Of a stretch of DNA of 57,766 nt, positions 29,357 to 39,480 are shown piece after piece. The notes under the pieces are model-generated. The model did no database searches. It was not told the DNA's origin and saw nothing but the letters and a program-made list of their open reading frames with translations. The stretch is from positions 68,222-125,987 of the forward strand of contig VRVR01000014.1 in assembly GCA_009859145.1 (NCBI GenBank). The letters run 5' to 3'. Within the stretch, counting starts at the first letter, position 1, and each line of letters opens with the position of its first letter. This DNA comes from Andalucia godoyi And28 (Eukaryota > Protista > Jakobida). The position numbers were made by a program, and so were the translations under genes.

Positions 29357-29994
29357 GATCTGAAAACGATACTAGATTATCGACTGGTGATGTCGTTTCT
29401 TTGATTTCGTTCTCTCTCTTTTTTTTCACCTCTTTCAAAATCTATCTACTGAATTGGCTCTTTTTTGTTTTTACGTTTTTCTTTCTGTATTTTTTGAGGA
29501 GGTGGTTGAAAAAACTGTCCGTTGAATAGGCTGTGTGAGCAGAGCGCACATCGATATCCGTCAATGCTTTCCTGTGTTTCCGCAAAAAGGTGCAACTGGC
29601 CCCAGGTTAGCAGAACGAGAACGGGGGGGGCGGGGTTCCAGAAGCTGGCTTGATCATTCAAAGACCCTCCTGGTGGACACAGGGGGAGTGGCGTGTTTTC
29701 GATCCGCATCTCGGTGCTTCGCCGACCCCGCTCTTATGAGGCTTTGCAAGAATAACCGAGCAACCAAAATGCATACGCCGAGACACGAGACGACGCGAGA
29801 TCAGGAAACCTGGAGAAATGTTTGGGACCTAACGGACTACAGTGGCCGTGATCGCCCTTCCCGCCGGGCGGGCCGCCTGACAAAGATCTCTCTCTCTCTC
29901 TCTCTCTCTCTGTGAAGCAACGTTTCTTCGATTGTTCTGTTGCTGACTGCATGCTGCACAAAAGCCGGTTTCTAGAACTACGTAGAACAGCAGA

Positions 29995-30700
29995 ATGGAA
30001 GAAAATAAGTTTTTGAAGCGGACGAAGGAAAAGGCAGATTTCAACCAGTACTGGTACTCAAAACCCACGATTGACGCAATGGTATCCGAAGTTTTGGCAA
30101 ATGCTCGGTGCGCGGCATTCCTGTCCACTCCAAGCGTCTATTTTTCTCTCCCTGACGACTCTGATGTGCGAAAGAATAGTATTGTTCTCGACGTATGCTT
30201 TCTTGTGTTTCTCCATCCTCCTTTCCAGTTTCTTCATCGGGTGCTGTGTCTGTGTTTGGGCATTTGTCAGAAGTGGCGTCGTTGCTATTTGATCAGTCCG
30301 ATTATTCATTTGTTTATTTTATTTCTTTGTTGGTTGATGCTGTGTATAGATTGATCCCGTGTTCAAAAAAGATCCGAATTTTGTAATGTATGATTACCAT
30401 CATCCGGAAGCGATTCCAGCAAAGTATGAAAAGCAGTTCGACTACGTCGTGATTGATCCGCCGTTCATCACAGAAGAAGTATGGAGGCTTTACACGGAAG
30501 CTGCAGCGCGACTGTTGAAAGATGGAGGGAAGATTCTCTTATCCACAATCCAGGAAAATGCAGACATGATGAAGGCGTTGCTGAATGTCGCTCCGTGCAA
30601 GTTCATGCCGTCCATTCCACACCTTGTATATCAGTATTTTTTTTACACAAACTACGAACCCGCGGTTTTGAACACGTCCAATCCGGAGATTCCCGAGTAA
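29995..30700 (+). CDS. EEF1AKMT1: EEF1A lysine methyltransferase 1 (N6AMT2)-like; 2 exons
   Basis: Exons 29995-30192 and 30350-30700 give FNQYWYS...FLSTPSVY...IVLDIDPVF...FVMYDYHHP...VVIDPPFITEE. 182 aa. Confidence 0.88.
30193..30349 (+). other. Spliceosomal intron (157 nt), phase 0
   Basis: GTATGC donor and TATAG acceptor; joins LD|ID in frame. Confidence 0.88.
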
Positions 30701-30842
30701 TGCAACGCAGCACACAGAGAGACAGTTATTTGGGAAAGAAGAAAAAAGAAAAAGGAAGAGGAAGAAAAAAAAAGAAGAGAAGAGAGGGACCTCTGCGGTA
30801 AAGAAAGGATATGAAAAAGTGTCGCTTTATTAACAGAGCGGC

Positions 30843-31304
30843 TCAGAAAGGATGGGCTAAGGCCTTGTATTCGTCCGAGTCCAACAAGTCGGTCGCAAGA
30901 TGGATGTCATGGTGAATGGCGCTGATGAGGTCTTCAAGCGAGTCAAACTTTGCTTCGTTTCTCAAGAACCCAAGTACTTTGACCTCCAGTAATTTCCCGT
31001 AGAAATCCTCATTGAACGAGCTCAGCAAATGCGGTTCGATCGTCTTTTGCTGGACATCGGAAAAGTGCGGGTTGTACCCAATGGAGAGCACAGTCTTGTG
31101 CAGCCGCACATCGTCTTCAAGCCTTGCCCACCCAAAGTAAATCCCAGTCCCAAGCGCCTCCAGCGACGTCTCATTGCCCTCAATCGGGAGATTCGCAGTC
31201 GGAATCCCAAGTAGCTTCGATCCTCGCCCGAACCCTTTGCACACTGCTCCTCTCAGAACCACCGGCTCAATCTTGCGAACTTGCCACTTTACACTCTCTG
31301 TCAT
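30843..31304 (-). CDS. RFK: Riboflavin kinase
   Basis: GAVCKGFGRGSKLLGIPTANL, GIYFGWA, SIGYNPHF, TIEPHLL and DFYG...LGFLRNEAKFDSLEDLISAI. Confidence 0.96.
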   Translation of the reverse strand: MTESVKWQVRKIEPVVLRGAVCKGFGRGSKLLGIPTANLPIEGNETSLEALGTGIYFGWARLEDDVRLHKTVLSIGYNPHFSDVQQKTIEPHLLSSFNEDFYGKLLEVKVLGFLRNEAKFDSLEDLISAIHHDIHLATDLLDSDEYKALAHPF

Positions 31305-31676
31305 TCTGCTCCCCTACTTGTCTCCCGTACTTGTCTCCCGTCTCCGTCTCTTGTCTAAATGCAGTCACCACGGGCTGTCGGCAGTATCTCGCTTGCCGCC
31401 GAATTTATTTATTTATATTCCCGGTTTCCTCCGAAACTTGAACGTGGATGAAAAGTGCACTATGCGCAGCATCAGTCAATTGATGCAACGGGATTTTTTC
31501 AGTAAAAAAAATCGGGCCGCTGAAGGCTCTCTCGTAGTTGACCGGTGAGGATTCAAGCAGCGTGGGCTTGTCGATGTTTTTGTTTAGTGGAGTTTATAGG
31601 ACTTTTCGTCGACCGATTTTCCTGTCCTTTCCTTCGTTCCAAGAAGCAACAGAGTATTTAAAAAAAAGCAGAAGAA

Positions 31677-32642
31677 ATGAGTAATGAAGAGCAGGGTGAT
31701 CCTTCTCTGACACATTCCCATCCACATACAATTCCCGAGGCTGCGATATCGATCGCGGAAGATATTGTGCTTGCAGAAGCGAGCAAGACAGGCCGGTACT
31801 TACGAATATGTGGGGTTTTCGTCGTTTTGGGACTTTTGATTGCGGTGTTATATGTGTGGGAGCCGCAGAAGAAGCTGATGCCAGTATTTGAAACGATCCG
31901 AGAAATGGGAGCTCCTGGAGCAATACTCTTCATCTTGCTCTTTTCCTCGTTTGTTACTTTTTTGTTTCCGTTTTTCATCTTTGCTCTTGTGTCGGGTTTC
32001 ATCTACAAACTTGGATTTGGGCTGCTGATCGCAATGATCTCATGCGAGATTGCTGCATGCAGTGCCTTCTGGGTTGCTCGAAAGGGACTGCGAAAGACGC
32101 TCTTGGAGAAGTTCCAGCACAACAGAAAGTTCCAGGTCCTTGAATATGTGCTCAAGGAAAAAGGATGGCGAGTGGTGATTCTTGCCAGACTCAACGTCAT
32201 GTTCCCGTTCGCATTCTCGAATTGGGCATTTGGGCTGCTAAGTGTAGATTTTGTGCACTACGCGATTGTTTCCCCACCGGGCTTCTTCCTAGAGGTGCTG
32301 TTCTATGTGTACCTTGGATCGGTGGCTTCGAACTTTGATTCAGTGGCCTCGGGAGATTCCGGCGACAACGGCGGATTGCAGACTGCGGTGCTGATTATTT
32401 CTTTGGTGCTCGGCGCGATTGTTGCCATCGCATTTGCATACTTTGGCAAAAAGGCGTTCAAGGAGGCGGAGGCCCGCATGGACCGTGAGAAGGAGATGCA
32501 TGCAATCGCACACAGAGATGAAGAATCGCGCGAAGAAGGTGCAGACGTTGATGCAGACCGTGTTGCATTGTTGTCTGCACAGTCGGAGCCGAATTTTGCA
32601 AACGATTTTCCCTCCTCCGAAGAGCAAATCAATACTGAGTAG
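31677..32642 (+). CDS. TVP38/TMEM64 (VTT/DedA, SNARE-associated) membrane protein
   Basis: GFIYKLGFG...CSAFWVAR, KGWRVVILARLNVMFPFAFSNWAFGL and several TM segments. Confidence 0.9.
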   Translation: MSNEEQGDPSLTHSHPHTIPEAAISIAEDIVLAEASKTGRYLRICGVFVVLGLLIAVLYVWEPQKKLMPVFETIREMGAPGAILFILLFSSFVTFLFPFFIFALVSGFIYKLGFGLLIAMISCEIAACSAFWVARKGLRKTLLEKFQHNRKFQVLEYVLKEKGWRVVILARLNVMFPFAFSNWAFGLLSVDFVHYAIVSPPGFFLEVLFYVYLGSVASNFDSVASGDSGDNGGLQTAVLIISLVLGAIVAIAFAYFGKKAFKEAEARMDREKEMHAIAHRDEESREEGADVDADRVALLSAQSEPNFANDFPSSEEQINTE

Positions 32643-32733
32643 CGTGAAGCCTGTACTAACCAAATAGAACGAGAAAGAGGGCGCGCATGTGCAGCGCGGG
32701 GAGAGGAAAATACACGGGGAGTGAGAGACTTTC

Positions 32734-34068
32734 CTAGTCAGTTGCGGCCCCAAACATGAATGGCGTATACGAAATTTCGGATTTCGCATCTGGAATCTTG
32801 AAAGGCAACGAACACCAGTTCTGCAATCCCATTTGACATCGCCGTTCACTCGGAAGGAACAAGACTCCGAGCTCGTAGTTTGCTACTCGAAACATATCTT
32901 CGTTCTTGCTCGTAAATTTCCCCCATGCCGATGGGCTTGCGTTGGCGGATCCTGCATACAGCCAAAACAACCCGGTGTCGCGATCGACTTGAAACAGTAT
33001 TTTAGAATGCAGCAGAATTCGATCTCGTGCGGCATCCGGACCGATGACATCATGAAACCAATCTCGAGGAAACTGCGCATGCATCCAATGCTTGTCATTT
33101 AAACACATGAAGGCTTCACATCCTTCCGATTTAGTACTTTCCACAGTCTCCTTCGACGGAAACAGAACAAACACATTGCCCAGCGAGGAGCATTCGATTC
33201 CAATGGACCGAGCAAACTGATCCTGGAACGCCTTGTCCAGCAATCCGACCGATGAAGTCTGGTAGCAAACCACAGAATCTGGATTCAGTACACCGTGAAA
33301 AGGCTCCAGGTTTTTTCGCAGAGACAAGTGGCCTTGTCGATGCATCCAGTCGCCTTTATGGAATCCCGGAATCGAATGGATGAGTGCAATATCTTGTGGA
33401 ATGACGGAGAAGTCGTAACGATCGCTGTCGAAGAGCCGCGCGATGTCTTGGATGCCGACCTTCAAGGACTGTACAAACCATTTCAGATCCAACACGAACT
33501 TTGGCAAACCACAAAATGCACTCTTTGCAGTTGACATGGAGGAAGACGGAACTGCCAAGGACCTTGCAGGCACATCGCAAATCCAAAAGCATTGCCCAAC
33601 CAATGCAAAATCTGCAACTCCCAGATTCGCAGACGAAATAATAATTCTCATGAAGTCGCCATATTCGAGCATAAACAACTTTGCGTGCATGAAACCCCAC
33701 TTTCCAGTACGAATCGGCGGCATGATAATCGTCGTATTGTCCGACGTCTTCACGGACAAGCCATTCTGTCGGGCATCTTGATTTTCTCCCGGATCCGTGA
33801 CAATGACCAAGTTGCATGTATTTCCAACAAGCTTTCGGACAAAATCTTCGTCCACGATCATTGCGGTAACCAGTGCGAATTCCAAATTTCTCGATTGCAC
33901 AACAGACCGAATGGGTAAATGCCCGGGACAATCCGAATCTGCCAAGAACACAGGCTTGTTCATAAACAACGAAGTCCCATCAAACTCAATTCCTCGTCGA
34001 TCCTTGTGCTGATTCTGCGGACCATCCGCTGCAGAACTTCCTTTAAACTTCTTTGGCAGCGGTTCCAT
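32734..34068 (-). CDS. TDP1: Tyrosyl-DNA phosphodiesterase 1
   Basis: Two HKN motifs (HAKLF...ISSAN; HSKIL...GSAN), SPSAWG and ANYELGVLF. Start is MEPLP (34068) or 34107. Confidence 0.92.
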   Translation of the reverse strand: MEPLPKKFKGSSAADGPQNQHKDRRGIEFDGTSLFMNKPVFLADSDCPGHLPIRSVVQSRNLEFALVTAMIVDEDFVRKLVGNTCNLVIVTDPGENQDARQNGLSVKTSDNTTIIMPPIRTGKWGFMHAKLFMLEYGDFMRIIISSANLGVADFALVGQCFWICDVPARSLAVPSSSMSTAKSAFCGLPKFVLDLKWFVQSLKVGIQDIARLFDSDRYDFSVIPQDIALIHSIPGFHKGDWMHRQGHLSLRKNLEPFHGVLNPDSVVCYQTSSVGLLDKAFQDQFARSIGIECSSLGNVFVLFPSKETVESTKSEGCEAFMCLNDKHWMHAQFPRDWFHDVIGPDAARDRILLHSKILFQVDRDTGLFWLYAGSANASPSAWGKFTSKNEDMFRVANYELGVLFLPSERRCQMGLQNWCSLPFKIPDAKSEISYTPFMFGAATD

Positions 34069-34678
34069 TCTCGTACCTGATAGGAAAAGACTCGGACGAA
34101 GAAACAAGGCATGTGGCGCGCTACACGTCTGACATCAGAGCGAAAACACAAAGCAGGAAAGACATTGGTCCCAAAAGGAAAGAAGAAGAAAACAGATGAC
34201 AGCACAAATAGGTGTATACAAAAATCACCCCCCAAATGAATGAATTGATTGTACTTTCGGATTGTCCAGCTGTAATACTAATTTAATATATATAAAAAGA
34301 CTCGGGTAAAAATAGACTCCGCTGTTTTGGTGTTCTGTGTGACCACTTGAGGCTTCGGGGCAGTTTGCCATCTCTCTCTGTGCATTTTTGTTTTGGAAAA
34401 AGTTTTCCCCAATGGGCGAACAGACAATATGAAAACAGTATTCAAAAGCAAAAGAGAAAACGTCGGGTGCGTTCTTCTGATTTTGCTATTTGGATGTTTT
34501 TCATCATTTTCACTCTCTTTCTCTCTCTTCTCTTTTTTCTCTTTTCTCTCTGTGCGTTTCTCAAAGTGGTTGTTATTGCGTTTCTCTTGTTCATCTTTTT
34601 TATATTATTATTATTATTGTTATTTTTTAATACTGAGAGATTGGATCGAGTTGTTGGTTTTTTGTTGTTGGTTTGCGG

Positions 34679-35857
34679 ATGGACGAGTACGAGGAAGCGA
34701 TTGTGCCGCGGAAGCGTGGGGATACGGAGAAGTGGGAGGTTCATCGAAAGTACCAACTGCGAGCACAACTTGGTGAAGGGGCATACGGAGTTGTTTGTTC
34801 AGCGGTTTGTGTTACATCGAACCGCGAAGTAGCCATTAAGAGGGTATCAAAACCGTTCAATCGGACGTTGGACGCAAAGAGACTGTTGCGGGAAGTGAAG
34901 CTTTTGCGATACTTTCACGGCCACGAAAATATTCTTGGACTAAGTGAGATCATGAAGCCACGTACATGGGAGTCCTTTGATAACGTGTATCTTGTGTCGG
35001 AACTGATGGACACGGATTTGCACGACATCATCTCGCATTCGGCGCAGTTTCAGCAGCAGCATGCACAATATTTTCTGTATCAGATGCTGCGGGGACTGCA
35101 CTACATGCATGCGGCGGGTGTTGTGCACCGGGATTTGAAGCCCTCGAATATCCTCATTAACAAGGACTGCGACCTCAAGATCTGTGATCTGGGCATGGCC
35201 AGACTTGTTGGAGCTCCGGAGAAATCGGCGGAAAATCCGCTAACCATGTACGTCACGACAAGGTGGTACCGAGCGCCAGAAGTCGTCTTGTGTTCGTCTG
35301 TATATACAACAGCAGTGGATGTGTGGTCGGCGGGTTGCATCTTCGGGGAGTTGCTGGGAAAGCTGGAACCCGATCCAAACAAGAGAAGGCCCCTGTTTCC
35401 AGGAAGGGATTATCGCGATCAGCTTCACAAGATCATTAGTGTTTGCGGAACTCCGCCAGAGGAGGATCTTCACGGAATCGGTACTCCAAATGCACTGAAT
35501 TATCTGAGATCTCTGGAGTACAGACCAAAAGTCGATATGCAAACGGTATTTCCAAGTGCGCCCGCGGATGCTCTGGATCTTCTGCACAGTATGCTCCAGT
35601 TTTCCCCAGAAAAGCGGATTTCTGTGGTGGATGCATTGAAGCATCCTTACCTTGCAGACTTTGTGGACGCATCGGACGACCACATTGTTCCGCCCCCCAT
35701 GATCGATTTTGAGTTTGAATACGCAGCCGATCCCGACTTGAAGAAACTGATGTGGGAGGAAATGAAACACTATCACCCGGAAATGCCAACTGCGGAAGAC
35801 GCTGCTGCGACTGCTGCGCTGCATTCGATGCAGCAAATGCATACCAGCGTCCATTAG
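34679..35857 (+). CDS. Mitogen-activated protein kinase with TMY activation motif
   Basis: GEGAYGVVCSA, VAIKRV, LREVKLLRYF.HENI, HRDLKPSNIL, CDLKICDLGMAR and TMYVTTRWYRAPE. 392 aa. Confidence 0.93.
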   Translation: MDEYEEAIVPRKRGDTEKWEVHRKYQLRAQLGEGAYGVVCSAVCVTSNREVAIKRVSKPFNRTLDAKRLLREVKLLRYFHGHENILGLSEIMKPRTWESFDNVYLVSELMDTDLHDIISHSAQFQQQHAQYFLYQMLRGLHYMHAAGVVHRDLKPSNILINKDCDLKICDLGMARLVGAPEKSAENPLTMYVTTRWYRAPEVVLCSSVYTTAVDVWSAGCIFGELLGKLEPDPNKRRPLFPGRDYRDQLHKIISVCGTPPEEDLHGIGTPNALNYLRSLEYRPKVDMQTVFPSAPADALDLLHSMLQFSPEKRISVVDALKHPYLADFVDASDDHIVPPPMIDFEFEYAADPDLKKLMWEEMKHYHPEMPTAEDAAATAALHSMQQMHTSVH

Positions 35858-36213
35858 CATAATGTAGCTGCGAGGCAGAGGTTTTTTTTTCCAAACTGGT
35901 TTCGCTCCCTTTCTTTTTCTTCTTCTTCTTCTTCTTCTTCTTTGACCTCATGATTTTTTGCAATAAGCTGTTGATATGTTTGCGTGCATCGAGATTGTAG
36001 CGTTGTCGAGGATGGGTGATTGCGCGTCTCGCCAAAAGAACCGTCGTCCTTTACTGCGTTTGTCAATGCAGGTTCTTGAAAATAGGGAGTTGGAAAACTC
36101 GCTGGCTCCCCTTCGTGGGTTTTTTCAGCCCGATTCGGCTTTTGTTTTTGTTATTAAAATTAAAAATTAATAAAAACAAATAAAGGCAACGCATAATTTA
36201 AGGTGTGATGTGA

Positions 36214-38904
36214 TTACCGAATCCGTGTCAAGGTGACAGGGATCGATGTAAACACAAAATATTCGAAAGGAGCGAACTCATTCGGACTGAAAGTGGAAAT
36301 GACAATAATATAGGTGCCTGGATTGAACTCCACGTCTAAAACAGTGCCGCATCGGCGGTTGTGGTAAACAGGAGTGCTTGCAACCTTGTGCTTGAGAAGA
36401 GCGGAAGCGCAAAGATTTGCCTTGCCACCAGGCGGAGAAAAAATGCATATCCCAATGGCCGGCGGACTTGGACGCCGGTCTTCATCCGGAATCCGAAGTC
36501 GCATCCGAGCTCGAAAGCGCTGCGGACTGGAGATGGAATATGTGGGGTTGTTGAAGAATGTTGGATGGTTCGGACTGCCGCCGCTCAATACGCCGTCCCA
36601 TGAGCCACGCAGCTCGTACCGAATAAGCCCGTCTCCCTCTCGAGGCAGCAAATACGCGGCAACATCACATGAAGAGGAATACACCCGCAACGTAAATGGA
36701 AGAGTACGGACAACGTACTGTGAGCAAACCACAGTGAGCGGGCGGTCCGTGGAAACATCCCGAAGCTGGATCTCGGTGAGGCCCTTGATGTAGGATCCTG
36801 TGTTCCCAACAGACCGTCCATCGTCCACGGACTCCACTCGGTCGGCTCCCGCGTGCAAGTCTATGCGGACCCCGCAGTCCTGACTCACCATACTGCTCGA
36901 GACCACAGTCTCCAGCTCTAAACGCAAGTTCGTTGTCCGCGAATTGTTGCTCGCAAACTGCAAAACAAATTGAGGATTTCGGTAAAAGGTGCTCGATGAG
37001 ATTGAACCACCGGCAGTGAACTCGGACTCGTTCCACATGCAAGGATACTCGCGGGAAACAGCAAAAGACGGATCCACAGCAGGGAGCGCGTGAATGCTCA
37101 TCTTCTCTTCACAAAAAGCTTGAAGTGAAAAATTAACCTTTCGAGGCTCGTACAGACTGACAACAACGATGAATTCGTGACTTCCGCGAGGCACATCAAA
37201 TCGAGCAGTGTTGTCCCTCCCATTAAAGTACGCAGTCCGCAGTAACACCTCCTGTGTGATGCAGATACCGTGTTGCCCGTCTGCCCGTCTGAACAAATGA
37301 ATTGCAGTGATTGCGTCATGCTCCAAGTCCCAGTCGTGCACATGCTTCGACACCACCAACAAGACCTCGGCATGTCTCATTGCGTCGACTTTCAGCAGAA
37401 ACTGCGGATTGTTACGGAATCGATGCAAATCAGAGTAGTTGCCAATGTTGGACAAGTGCTTCCAGCTTCCATGCAAGGTTTCCTGGTAAGGATACGACGC
37501 AGGATTCCAGCATATCGTAATATTCCGAAAGAATGCACAAACATCGTCCCAATGCATGAAGAATACCCCATTATCGTAAAGATAGTCCGATACTGGATCA
37601 TAGCCTGTTTCGCGAATCAAATCTTTCGTCCACGAGACTCTGTCGTACCGAGAATATCGACCCATCCACTTGTATCTCGCCCACGGGTTCTTGATCTTCA
37701 CTAATCGCTGACCGGCGCAGTCAAATACATCTAAAATGGCATACGAATGCATTGCCACGAGCCCGCACGTGTCGACAGAACCCCACAAATCATCCTGAGA
37801 AGAATTTGCACCGCTTCCTGAAGTCGCAGGACCCCCTGTCGCAATCTTGAAACTCTGCTGGGCACCGCGGAGTTTGACGGATTCGCCTGTGGCGAGCATA
37901 GCGACGGCATGACACTCCTTCCGAGACCGCAGCACTCTGAACCAGTAGAAGTCCTTGTCGAAACCGTCCATTTCGAAATCCACAACCTCGGGAATCCAAC
38001 CAGTTAACATGTGAAAATCGGTGGCATTGGAAGACCCTTTTGGCCGATCGTACCCAATGAGCACATGCATGACGGCCTTCTCAATCAACGACACCCATAG
38101 AGCATTGGTATTGGAGACTGAAACCAGCGCGTCATTGACTCGACTAGCAGGAAATGTATCATCGACATCGACTACTCTCCAAGCGCCATTGAAAAACAGT
38201 TTCACCGAATACTTGCATCCGGATTGAACAATGTTGTCAATCAGCAAGTTCCGAGCATCCGGAAACGACGACTGAGCAACCGCAGCAACGATCAAACTGG
38301 AGAGCAGTGAACAATCTCCCACCATCGATTGTGTGATTGAGAATGGGGATATTCTGGGTTCCTTCTTTTCCGTCAAATCCCACAACGGAATCGAACGACG
38401 AAAAATCTCTTCTGCCTTTCTCCAGGCTGCAAAATGCTTTTTCTGGTGAGGATTCAAAAAAAGCTCGCCTTGCGGTCTCCAAAAGTGTGCAAAATGTGCA
38501 TTCCAATCCACCTCGCTCTCCAACGGAAAGATTCTACATTCTACTGCATCGGAATGAGGGACAATGATGCACCCTTCGTTCAGAATCTCTGAACGCAACC
38601 GCAAATCTTCGGTGCTTTTTCTGCCTCTCTTCATTGAAGACGAATCTGCAGACACCACACTTGCTTTTTGGCTTCTTGAATTTGCAGAGATGATGCCCAT
38701 CGGCGACGTGGTTCGAACTGATCGATTGCTAGCCGTAATTGCGTTCGAAATCGACGAGCCGTGATCAAGATAGATTTGCGCAGATGCATTCAAGTCCCAT
38801 CGCCCTCTAGCGAGGCACTCTCTTGCAATTTCTGGCTTGCATTCTGGGAACAGCGCGAGAAAGTTTTCAACCAAAGCCCGTTGAAAAGTCGTCGGATCAT
38901 TCAT
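36214..38904 (-). CDS. CAPN7: Calpain-7/PalB-like cysteine protease with an N-terminal UBA-like domain
   Basis: Catalytic triad in QSMVGDCSLL, HSYAI and KNPW. LWVSLIEKA...GSSNATDFHMLTGWIPE is calpain-7-type, followed by repeated domain III (NNPQF/RNPQF/NNPTY). 896 aa from MNDPTT. Confidence 0.88.
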   Translation of the reverse strand: MNDPTTFQRALVENFLALFPECKPEIARECLARGRWDLNASAQIYLDHGSSISNAITASNRSVRTTSPMGIISANSRSQKASVVSADSSSMKRGRKSTEDLRLRSEILNEGCIIVPHSDAVECRIFPLESEVDWNAHFAHFWRPQGELFLNPHQKKHFAAWRKAEEIFRRSIPLWDLTEKKEPRISPFSITQSMVGDCSLLSSLIVAAVAQSSFPDARNLLIDNIVQSGCKYSVKLFFNGAWRVVDVDDTFPASRVNDALVSVSNTNALWVSLIEKAVMHVLIGYDRPKGSSNATDFHMLTGWIPEVVDFEMDGFDKDFYWFRVLRSRKECHAVAMLATGESVKLRGAQQSFKIATGGPATSGSGANSSQDDLWGSVDTCGLVAMHSYAILDVFDCAGQRLVKIKNPWARYKWMGRYSRYDRVSWTKDLIRETGYDPVSDYLYDNGVFFMHWDDVCAFFRNITICWNPASYPYQETLHGSWKHLSNIGNYSDLHRFRNNPQFLLKVDAMRHAEVLLVVSKHVHDWDLEHDAITAIHLFRRADGQHGICITQEVLLRTAYFNGRDNTARFDVPRGSHEFIVVVSLYEPRKVNFSLQAFCEEKMSIHALPAVDPSFAVSREYPCMWNESEFTAGGSISSSTFYRNPQFVLQFASNNSRTTNLRLELETVVSSSMVSQDCGVRIDLHAGADRVESVDDGRSVGNTGSYIKGLTEIQLRDVSTDRPLTVVCSQYVVRTLPFTLRVYSSSCDVAAYLLPREGDGLIRYELRGSWDGVLSGGSPNHPTFFNNPTYSISSPQRFRARMRLRIPDEDRRPSPPAIGICIFSPPGGKANLCASALLKHKVASTPVYHNRRCGTVLDVEFNPGTYIIVISTFSPNEFAPFEYFVFTSIPVTLTRIR

Positions 38905-38938
38905 CTCTACAGAGCCAAACGATCGATTGAAACCAAAA

Positions 38939-38992
38939 TAATTATAACAACAATAATTATCACAACAATAATTATAATAATAATAATAATAA
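38939..38992. repeat. (TAA/CAA)n trinucleotide tract upstream of the calpain gene
   Basis: Directly visible; it explains the Tyr/Asn/Cys run in the ORF-track N-terminal extension. Confidence 0.85.
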
Positions 38993-39480
38993 TTAAAACT
39001 AATTAAAAACAAGCATCGAATAGCTGTCTGCGCTGATCCGGATGTTTTTTCCCGAAAAGCACCAACTCCGGGAAAAAACCGTCTGTCAAACCACTGCCGG
39101 ATCTTCTTGTAGTGTATGCTTCTCTCGTTCTTTTTTTTACGGCTGGCTTTTCCCCCTCTGAATTTGGGGGGGGTTTTCCTTCTCGGGTTTTTGCCGAGGT
39201 TCTGTTTGCGTTATCAAAAAAGAGACGGAAACCATTTTCTGTATGTTAAGTTTCCGCGTTCCTGACTTTGATATTTTTCTTTTATTTTCTGTTCTGTTCT
39301 TTTATTATATTTCTTTTACTATTATTTTTTGCTTTTGGTTTTGTTGGGAATCTCAAGGAAAGTACGCATCCGTGTCGACTGCCGAGACTCGAGAGAGAAC
39401 TCCGTATATACGTCCCTGTCTCCCTCTTTCACCACGCCCCTGTTACTTTGCGAAGTTGCGCAGCATCATTTTGTGAATAT

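Noticed and set aside
29590-29625. CCAGG..AGCAG resembling SRP RNA helix 8
   Set aside because: There is no intervening stem with a GNRA tetraloop, so the helix cannot form.
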